64,000 nucleotides of DNA from Octopus vulgaris (Eukaryota): contig OX597823.1 of NCBI GenBank assembly GCA_951406725.2, positions 105,214,001 to 105,278,000 of the forward strand, given 5' to 3'. Numbering within the stretch: position 1 is the first letter of the stretch; each line of letters begins with the position of its first letter. A program made the translations under genes and the position numbers. Below the pieces are notes generated by a model that did not search any database, was not told the origin of the DNA, and was given only the letters and a program-made list of their open reading frames with translations. Shown one piece after another: positions 53,973-64,000 of this stretch.

Positions 53973-54849
53973 GAAAATTCTAATTCCATCTGCAAGGTCA
54001 TGCACTGTTTATCTTGATATGAGATCACCATGTCGCGCACATATGGTTGCGACGTATGTGCCTGGTGTACCCTTATCAGACGGGTAGTCATGATGGGTAT
54101 ACTGGGCTTTGTATATTTTACCCCAGTGTCACTTTGATAGCATACACTACTCTCTCACTCAATAATAATAATAATAATAATAATAATTATAATTTCTTTT
54201 ATATGCACAAAGCTTGGAATAGAGCTTGTCAATTAGATTGTCCCCAGTACTTGACTGGTACTTATTTTATTAACCCCAAAAGTATGAAAGGCAAAGTTAA
54301 CCTTGGTGGGATTTGAACTCAAAACATAAAGAATCAGAACCATAAGGTATTTTGTTTGATGCTGCAAAATCCTGTCTAATGCTAATGCTATTAACTTGGT
54401 GAGTTTGTCTATCATCAATTATATTGACCCCAGAATTTGACTTGTACTTATTTTATTGGTCTGAGACGGATAAAAGTTGATCTGGGAAGGATCTGAACGA
54501 AGAAAGTAGAACTAACATGTACAAAGGAATTGTAAAGAAATGTGAAATTACACTGGAGAATATTCCAAGGAGGCTTGCTCTCTGTATTACATATTTTGTC
54601 ATTGTGTTAATCACTGACAAACAAACTGAGAAAATCCAGGTCTGCTTGTAAGTAGAAATAAATCACTGACTATAGCTAGTTGACTACAAACAGTATACAA
54701 AAATGAAATAGGCCTAGATTCTCTAATCCAAACAGTAAGAGTATTTAGCGAAAATATTGGTGTAGATTCGAGGGTAAAGAAGCAATGGTAATTATGAGGA
54801 GAGGCCAAAAGATGAATTCTGATTGTAAAATTACCACAAGATGATATCA

Positions 54850-55724
54850 TTAGATCCCTGACAAGTTATGGGGATACAGTTATCTAGGGAAGATTCTGGA
54901 GGATTGGATAAATGAAGGGAAAAAAGGAAAGATAAAGTCTCCTAAGAGTACAAGAGATGAGTTAGGAAGGTGTTGAAAACAAAATTTAATGGAAGGAATA
55001 TTGGTTACTAATTTTGGCACAAGGCCAGAAATTTTAGGGATGGGATAAGTCAATTATATTGACCTCAGTAGTCTACTTGTATTTATTTTATCGATCCCCA
55101 AAAAGGACCAAAGACTTCGGTAGAATTTGAACTCTGAACATAAAGATGGCTGAAATGCCACTAAGTATTTTGCCTGGCATGCTGAAAGTTCTGCAGATCA
55201 CAGTCTCCAAATGGAAGTTATATTAGCAAAACAATGAATACATGGGTCATGGTAATAAGATACTATGCTCCTTTTCTAAAAAGGACAAAGATAGAGCTAC
55301 AGGAATTAGATAAAAGATTTAGGAAGTTAGTCAGAATACACAATGCTCACTTCTCTAAAAGTAATATTGAGAGGTTCTACCTACCCAGGAAGGAAGAAGG
55401 CAGAGAATTGTTAATTGTAGAAAGCACCATTAGTACTGTGATATTGGGTTTGGAAAGTCATATTGTATATTCTTTTACATATTTCAGTTAGTGTGACTGC
55501 GACCAAGCTGGAGCATTGCTTTAAATGGTTTTAGCCAGAGAAATCAACCCCAGGACTTATTCTTTGTAAGCCTAGTACTTATTCTATTATTCCCTTTTGC
55601 TTAACCACTAAGTTATGGGGGCATAAACACACCAATATCGGCTGTCAAGTCATGGTAGGGAGACAAACACAGACACATACATAAATACACACGCATGCGC
55701 ACACACACACACACACACACACAC

Positions 55725-55792
<68 letters not shown>

Positions 55793-57058
55793 GTGAATAA
55801 ATTGTCATCTAAATCATATGAAAATGAAAATAACACTGACATCTCATTTTAACAGATATATTTACCAAAATGACATAAAAATATCTTGAAATACTAAAGA
55901 GTAAATTTATTCAATAAACTCACCATTGGCTTCAACCATGGCTTCCAGACAACTTTGGAATCTCCTGCAACTCTTCTGGACGGTCTCCTTGTTTAAGGTG
56001 ACGAATGCTGCCATAATCCTTGCCTTCAGTTCATCTTTGGTGTTACAAGGAATTTTGTTGGTCTCCTACTCAACTGCATCCCACACATAATAATTAAGGG
56101 GGTTGCAGTCTGAGTAGTTAGGTGGCAAGATGTTAGGGGTGATGTGGTTGCAGAAATTTTCTGACAACCATGACTGGGTTCTCCTGCTTATGTGCCATGG
56201 TGCAGATTCCTGTTGCCAGACATAGGGTCTTCCAGCAGCCACCCTCTTGACTTAGAGCAGCACTACCTTCTTCAAGCACTTTATGTAGGCCTCTGTGTTG
56301 AGTCTGAGGCTGTGTGGGAAGATGAATGGAGGCATAATGTCACCATTATTAGTAATCACTCCAAATCCCATGATGTTGACTAGATGTTTAATTTTTATCA
56401 CTCTTGGTACAAGTTTTGGGGACACAGCAAGCCAATGGTTGTTCTGTATGTTCCTGGCAGAAATTGTCCTCGTCTGAGAAAAACCAAAGCATGTTCGGTT
56501 TCAGGTGATGCCTGAGTTTGTTCAAAAGCTTCGTAGTGCGGCCTTTTCTCTTGTCTTTGATGGCTTGGGATAAAAATTGTCCTTTTCTCATCTTGTATAA
56601 AGAATACTGAATGTCTCCATGCAGTACCTGCCTGATAAGAAACTTAGACACTCTCATGTCTCTGGTGATGGACCTGATTGACTTGGAGGGATCGTTGTCA
56701 CTCATAGCCTGGATTTCATCAACAAATTCAGTTCTTTTCTGATCAGAACAATCAGAGTGAGTTTTCCAAACTGCTGTACCTTCCTAATCACCGTTAGATT
56801 CAACCAGCTCTTTCCAGATCCTCTGCTCTATCCTCAGACTGACACTCAGACACTCTGAAATGTTTGTATTGGAGCTTATGGTGCCAAGCAGTACAAGTTG
56901 CTTCCAAATTTCTTACAGAGTGAATTGCATCATGGTGCTGTTTTTCTCAGACAGTGCCCAACTGGCCCTACGATAGTGTATAGTCAACAAAATCAAAAAC
57001 AATGTGCATGCATGAAATTAAAACTATAATATGGCAACAATTTACACATCGCACCTTG

Positions 57059-57096
<38 letters not shown>

Positions 57097-57109
57097 TAGA
57101 TAGATATAG

Positions 57110-57151
<42 letters not shown>

Positions 57152-58260
57152 ATATGCACACATGCACATACATACATTTAAAGGTGGTGCTCCAGCATGG
57201 CCACAGTCACAAACAGCTGAAACAAATAAAAGAATAAAAAGAATACGATGGGCTTCTTTCAGTGTCCACTTACCATATCCACTCATAAGGCTTTGGTTGG
57301 CCTGAGACTATAGTAGAAGGCACTTGCCTAATCTGCCACACAGTGGATCTGAACCCAGGACCATGTGTTTGGGAAGCAAGCTTAAGAAAGTATATTGTTG
57401 GCAGCTAGAAGTATCAAAATATTTACTGAAACTGTAGGAGAATTCAAGAACAGAAGGAATAACAAAAAGATAAATACCTGAAAAGAGGAGGAATTACTTG
57501 GTCAATTCATGCAACAAACCAAAGACATTGGAAATAAAGAACTCTGGTTGTGGCTAACAGATAGAAATCTGAAGCAAGAAACCAAATCAATAATTATAAC
57601 CATTTTGAAACAAGCCATTAGAATGAGTTTGATAAAGACAAAGATGGATAAAACTCAGAGAACAAACGCAGAATTTGTGGGAAATGAGACAAAAGCATTA
57701 GCCATCTCTTAGGTGATGCAATAAGCTGGCACAAAAAGCGTATCAGCGCAGACATGACTAAGTAGGTAAAAGAGTGCATTGAACTGTCAGCTTGATTGTA
57801 TGGATTCAAAGTAGCAAAATGTGGAATGAACTTGAGCCAGGTGGAAAATAATGATAACAGAATTTTCTGTAATTTCTCCATTATCTCTGACTAAAATATT
57901 TAAAGCAAGAAGTCTGTATGTGATAGTAGAGGAGTGAAAAAAAAAAGAACAGTGAAAGATTATAGACTTTGCAATACCATATGATAATTGAGTGGATACC
58001 TTGTTAGAGAGGTGGAGAGATTATGGAAGATTAAGATATTAAGATGACAATTCTTCCTGTGGTAATTGGTGCACTTGGCACAACACCCTAACTTCTATGT
58101 AAGTGGCTGAAGGATATTGGAATTGAGACTTGCATTATTGACCAGTAGAAAAGTGCAATTCTGTCTTCTGCAAGAATTCTTTGAAAGATTCTGGAGATTT
58201 GAGGGGATCTGTTTTCATCAAACCTCTAGACAACATCCCTGCTAACTAATGCAGCATGTT
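54850..58260 (+). mobile_element. R4/Dong-like LINE remnant fragmented by nested insertions
   Basis: RKVLKTKFNGRN, ELQELDKRFRKL...SNIERFYLPRKEEGR, WLWLTDRNLKQET, CRICG, RRHD, IIDFAIP and PVVIGALG. Confidence 0.85.
55790..57058 (-). mobile_element. maT/DD37D-like Tc1-mariner transposon, near full length and decayed
   Basis: DPSKSIRSI, LWFFSDE, MPPFIFP, QESAP and PPNYSDCNPLNYYVW. Flanked by TA repeats with partial TIR similarity (CAGGTG...TAAATTGT). Confidence 0.75.
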
Positions 58261-58462
58261 ATAGCTTTAATAATAAAAATAATGATGGTTTCTAATTTAG
58301 GTATGAGACCAGCAATTTTGAAGGGAGGTGTTTAGTTGAGACATCTACCTTAGTACTTGATTGGTACTTGATTTTATGAAACTCCAAAGAATGAAAGGTA
58401 AAGTTGGCTTTGAATAGATTTGAATAAATACTATAAGGGATTTTTTTCTGATGCTCTGATTC

Positions 58463-58693
58463 TTATTTCTTTACTGCCCACAAGGGGCTAAACACAGAGG
58501 GGACAAACATGGACAGACAAAGGAATTAAGCCAATTACATCACCCCAGTGCATAACTGGTACTTAATTTATTGATTCTGAAAGGATGAAAGGCAAAGTCG
58601 ACCTTGGTGGAATTTGAACTCAGAACGTAACGGCAGACGAAATACCACTAAGCATTTCGTCCGGCATGCTAACAATTCTGCCAGCTCGCTGCC
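58463..58693 (-). mobile_element. SINE family A with 17-bp TSD
   Basis: Flanked by TTCTGATGCTCTGATTC on both sides. Confidence 0.9.
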
Positions 58694-59318
58694 TTCTGAT
58701 GCTCTGATTCTGCCAACCCAATTCCCTTAATAAATGCTGTTTCTAACACAGGCAAAAGGTCTGAAATTTAGTGGGAAGGAGTTAGTTGATTAAATCAACT
58801 CCAGTATCTGACTGGTACTTTATTTTATCAACCATGAAAGAATGAAAGACTAAGTTGGAATTGGTAGAGTTTGAACTCAGGACATAAATGGCCAGAATAT
58901 ATGATGGAAAACATTTTTCCAACGCTCTACTACTAAAATGATTCTCGCCTATGATTTTTCCTTGCCTGTAAATATTATAACTATTACCCTGTGCCAGTGG
59001 CTAATGACTAGCTTTATTCAACTATATATTATTTGTATTTGTTATTTATATTGTTTTACATAAATTGTCAGTCATATTATCTAACAGATCCAATTAATTT
59101 TGAAATGTTATAACCCTTTGCCTAATCAGCATTAAATGTTTATTTGATTATTTGCCAAAGAATAACCATTTCATTATATAAAATTGTATATAATCCATTG
59201 TATTGTTCCAAAAGTTCACTTCGATATAATGATTAAGTGAAATAGGCGTAACAGTCTGTGAAGTTTCTCAGCTTCTATAAAATACTATATGTACACACAG
59301 AGAAACTGAAAGAAGGCC

Positions 59319-59352
<34 letters not shown>

Positions 59353-59677
59353 CCTTAGGTCTTTCATGAGCCTAAAGATGTATAAGGCCAAAGCTTACCC
59401 TGGCTCCCCCGGTGTATAAGTGATTGATATTACAACCACCCTGCCACAACTCACTGAACAGGAGACCCATCTTCCGCATGGTTAATTCCAAGATATAGCT
59501 GGAACTCATTTAGTGCTGAGTGGATTTGGTGCAATGGGAAACGAAGTGTTTTTTACTCAACAACACATACGCCTCACACTCCAGGAAACCACAGTCTTAC
59601 AATCATGAGTGGATCTTCCCCAATCACTACACCATGTGCCTTCACTCACCTGTGTATAAATGTATGTACCAATCTAT

Positions 59678-59727
<50 letters not shown>

Positions 59728-60274
59728 TAAAAGCAATTAAGATTCAAGTGAGTTCTATTGAATTCACATGAATGCGGTACTTAACTTAGATGCACCAAAA
59801 ATCTATATGGTATTAACCATAAAATAATGTGGGGTGATTATAAACAAGTTACCCCATAATGCCCTATGTGGGCGGTTTTTTCTATGCTCCACTATATTCC
59901 TTCAGCCATTATAATTCTAACATAGTAGTTTTGTGAAATGAACAAAAGTGTGACCAGTATCTTATCATACATCAGGAAATTATACCTACTTTATTATGGA
60001 TTAATTATGGATAGACTCATCGTCTGTGAGTATGAAATATCTCCTCATATCTCCGGAAATTACACCTACATTATTATTATTATGGATGGATTTACCTTTT
60101 CTGTGAAGCTAACAAGCTTTTTTTAAAAACTTTTTTCAAGACTTGTTATAAGACTGTACATCATTAGAGAACTTTGGAAGTCTGCTTACAATCTAAATTT
60201 GCTTTTTATAGAACTATCTTTGATACTTCATGAGTGTAGCCTCACCCCCTAGGATGTCTGGAGAACTCATATAT

Positions 60275-60368
60275 GTTTTGGCTGATGAGTACGGGACACT
60301 TGTATTTGCTGCAATATTTGCAGCTTTTAATAAAGCTGTTCTTCGTATGAAACAATTGTACTGAAAAA
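60275..60368 (+). ncRNA. Putative type I hammerhead ribozyme (Penelope-type, palindromic loop III)
   Basis: Core CTGATGA (60282-60288), GAAA (60349-60352) and triplet GUA (60358-60360). Helix I TTTTGG/CTGAAA, helix II GTACG-GGACA/TGTTC-tt-CGTAT, and ACAATTGT palindrome at helix III. Confidence 0.7.
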
Positions 60369-60394
60369 CTAATCCATTCTTGTTGCTTTTTTCT

Positions 60395-60479
<85 letters not shown>

Positions 60480-60481
<2 letters not shown>

Positions 60482-60693
60482 GGATGTGTAATGTCAGTGT
60501 GCATACTCGACAGAGTGTAAGTACCTTGAGAGAAAAGTTGGGCCTAAGAAGCATCAGTTGTAGTGTGCAAGAGAGACGACTGCGCTGGTATGGTCATGTG
60601 GCGAGAATGGATGAGGATAGCTGTGTGAAAAAGTGCCACACCCTAGCAGTTGAGGGAACCTGGGATGAAGTGATGAAGCACGACCTTCGAACT
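60480..60693 (+). mobile_element. RTE LINE ORF fragment
   Basis: WMCNVSVHTRQSVSTLREKLGLRSI...RRLRWYGHVARMDEDSCVKKC. Same family as 16025-16280. Confidence 0.9.
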
Positions 60694-60958
60694 GCTATGT
60701 CTTCCTCACCCTTAGCAATAGCAAATCACAAACACAACTGCTCACCCAGTCCCATACTTACTTCTGTACCCAGCTACCAAAGAACACAGCCAACCCGAAG
60801 ACAAAAAAAATGTTTTTGTGTAATCAAAAAGGGTAAACTTATATTTAATGTTCCACTTCTTTTCACATTTGATTTTTCTAGATAAATCTTCACTTTTCTG
60901 CATCTTTTTGCAATTGACTCCCATCATTTGTCACCCTGGGTAGCAAAAATAAAGAAAC

Positions 60959-60999
<41 letters not shown>

Positions 61000-61034
61000 C
61001 CATCATCATCACCGTCATCATCACCATCATCACT

Positions 61035-61098
<64 letters not shown>

Positions 61099-61794
61099 CC
61101 ATCATTATAGCCAACACATTCTTTAATTGCCAATAATGATTTCCAGTCAACAATTAGGTTAGTGTAATTCCTCAGTTTTCCGATTCACTTATTCACAACA
61201 TTATAGCCATTTCCTATCAACATTTACTAATTAACTCGTTACCATCATTTTTGTTGTGGACATTGTACCCGTTCTCTACTTTATTGCAGTCGTTCATTTA
61301 CTCAATATATTTAGGCAAATTTATTATTTGATGTTTTCACTTTCTTTAAATATTATTGATAATGTTTTGCAAAGAATACGGACACTTCCTCAAAGCATCA
61401 TCTTTTGAATTTCACATATGGCAGTTTTTCAATTTTCTGTTTTGCTTCATGCTTCACAGCTTCCTAATGTTTCATAATAACCATTATTCTTGAAACAATC
61501 TTTCGCATCTCTGAATATTTTTATATCTGTGTTTACTTTTGAAGAATTCTTCAGTCTTATTTTTCTGTTGATCAAGAACTGGGTACCTTGTGGCTTATAA
61601 CAATATTAGAGTGGTTCACACTTACTCCTTTATTGCTACATATTTGCACAAGCAGGAAAATCTCACCATTTTCAATCTCTTTTGCTTAAGTTTTACTGTC
61701 TGTTGGTCAGGACACATCAGTAAATATACCAACATCATTTTGTTTCTTATAACAACACTAGAGTAGTTTGTTTCTGTCTTTTTTATGTATATAG

Positions 61795-62190
61795 GCACAG
61801 GTGTGGCTGTGTGGCAAGAAGTTTGCTTCCTATCCACATGGTTTTGGGTTCAATCCCACAGCATAGCACCTTGGGCAAGTGTCTTCTGCTATATACCCTC
61901 TGGTCAACTAAAGCCTTGTGATTGGATTTGGTAGATGGAAACTGAAAGAAGCCTGTTATATATGTGTGTGTGTCTCATCATGTTGGTGCTTGCCTCCACT
62001 ACCTCCTGACAACTGGTAATGTTATATTTGTGTCTCCTGTAACTTAGTGGTTTGGCAAAAGAGACTGATGGAATAAGAACCAGGTTTAAAACAAAATAAG
62101 TACTGGGGGCAATTCATTTGGCTTAAACTCTTGAAGGTGGTGCTCCAGCATGGCCACAGTCTAATGGCTGAAACAAATAAAAGATAAAGG
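61795..62190 (+). mobile_element. SINE family B, full length
   Basis: Colinear with 43975-44400. Confidence 0.85.
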
Positions 62191-63400
62191 ATATGATCAA
62201 GAATGTGGCTGTGTGTTTAAGCAGTTCATGTTGCAACCATCGAGCTCTGTGATTCATCTCATTCTGTGTTGCCTTCTACACTCGCCTTGGTTGACCAGTA
62301 CCATGTGAGTGGAATCAGAGATCTGGCAACCGGAAAATGTGTAGAAAACAGTTGTACATGAATGTGTGTGTGCACACACAAGTGTGTATGTGGTTTCTTG
62401 ACAATCTCCATTAACAAACGAATTATAAGAAAACTTTAAAAACTGGTCCTTTGTGAATGAGGTGCCTTGAAATATTTGTCCTGCATAATATTAGTCAAAC
62501 CCTTATCCCTGTTACTACCAGAAAAGTAGTAACCCATGACTAGTTCACTAGAAACCTGTAAACATTGACTCTACTGGTTACAAATTCTGATAGGAAATAT
62601 TGAAATTTTCATTTCCTAGACAATCACACAATTTTCATTCAGGAACATGAGATCCTCAATAAATAAAAAATTAAGATTTTCTTTTATCTATTGAGGCCCT
62701 CATTTCTTTACATATTTTCCAGTCGAGATAGGTAGTCATCATATCATGTTTTCCTGGTACATTGTGAGTGAACTTTTTTAGAGCATTAAGTGGAAAAAGT
62801 GGCCACATCAAACTCATTGCACATGTCTTAGCCAGATTTGCTATTATTTGTCGGTGGCTGCTTCTGATAGTGTCAAGATAGATGATACTGGTTCTGAAAA
62901 GTCATTATCGAGTCTAATTTCCCAGTCAGTCAAGATCCTTAGAACCAATTGTTGTTCTGTTGTTTGTTGCAATCAAATTTATTTTGTTGTTTTAGGACTT
63001 TCCATTGAGGATTAAATCATTAAATCATCTTGACCATTAGAGCTGTGTGAATTTTATCATTGATGGCTTGGTAAATTTGACTACCGAGGGCATACATACA
63101 TACATACATACATACATACATACATACATACATACATACACATACAGACATAATTCTATATGTGTGTGTGTGAGTCAAGCTAAGTAAAATTGTGGCCCTC
63201 TTTACATACAGGCATGTCCTTTATGGCCATGGCCCTCACTCCCTCTGCCAGTTGAGAGGTCTTTGACTTGCAGTTGCTGGTGCCTGCACCCAGCACACTC
63301 TGTAAAATGGTTGGTATTAGGAAAGGGATCCAGTCAGAAACCATGGCAAAACAAACAATTGGAGCCTGGTCTGCTCTTAGCTTGGCCAGTTCCTATCATA

Positions 63401-63810
63401 CCTATTTCGTTACTACCCACAAGGGGCTAAACACAGAGAGGACAAACAAGGACAGACAAACAGATTAAGTCGATTATATCGACCCCAGTGCGTAACTGGT
63501 ACTTATTTAATCGACCCCGAAAGGATGAAAGGCAAAGTCGACCTTGGCAGAATTTGAACTCAGATGTGGCGGCAGACGAAATACCTATTTCTTTACTACC
63601 CACAAGGGGCTAAACACAGAGAGGACAAACAAGGACAGACAAACGGATTAAGTCGATTATATTGACCCCAGTGTGTAACTTGTACTTATTTAATCGACCC
63701 TGAAAGGATGAAAGGCAAAGTCGACCTCAGCGGAATTTGAACTCAGAATGTGGCAGCAGACGAAATACCGCTAAGCATCTCGTCTGGTGTGCTAACGTTT
63801 CTGCCAGCTC
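63401..63810 (-). mobile_element. Two tandem or nested SINE family A copies
   Basis: The second copy starts at 63584 directly after GCAGACGAAATACC, which recurs at its other end. Confidence 0.9.
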
Positions 63811-64000
63811 AGAATGATGATGTGAATGATCATTATCTTGCAATGGCCATCTCTTAATCTTTAGTCTGTCTTTGTCTTTGATTATGACATTTAGAATGAA
63901 ACCAACTGGAAGGAGAAGAGAATAAAAAACAAAATATTTAGCATGTTACCGTATTCCATAAAACATTGCCTCTGTCTAAGCCTTTCTGAGGCACCAACTC

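Noticed and set aside
60214-60360. Possible minus-strand exon YNCFIRRTALLKAANIAANTSVPY...
   Set aside because: Better explained as the antisense of the hammerhead-containing element.

Overview
Eukaryotic, AT-rich DNA packed with repeats and microsatellites ((TA)n, (CA)n, (TATC)n, (TACA)n, (AAT)n, (GAT)n). The SINE and LINE families and the microsatellite load strongly suggest an octopus (coleoid cephalopod) genome; this is an inference from recognition, not a search result. No long intact protein-coding ORF is present, and almost all ORFs in the track are microsatellite translations or decayed transposon fragments. The window reads as intronic or intergenic DNA. A few candidate exons of an unidentified minus-strand gene have good splice signals (best: 8626-8713, plus donors at 6599, 7539 and 42740). 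Recognisable mobile DNA includes degenerate mariner, Tc1, maT-like and Chapaev3-like transposons, piggyBac- and Merlin-type MITEs, RTE, CR1/L2, R4/Dong and HERO-like LINE remnants, several tRNA-derived SINE families and a tRNA-Lys pseudogene. The most notable signal is a set of Penelope-type hammerhead ribozyme motifs: one apparently intact at about 60275-60368, and two head-to-head inverted pairs at about 30.0-30.6 kb and 41.6-42.0 kb. The 30 kb pair is carried by an element with a tRNA-like head. Repeat boundaries were estimated by eye and are approximate.
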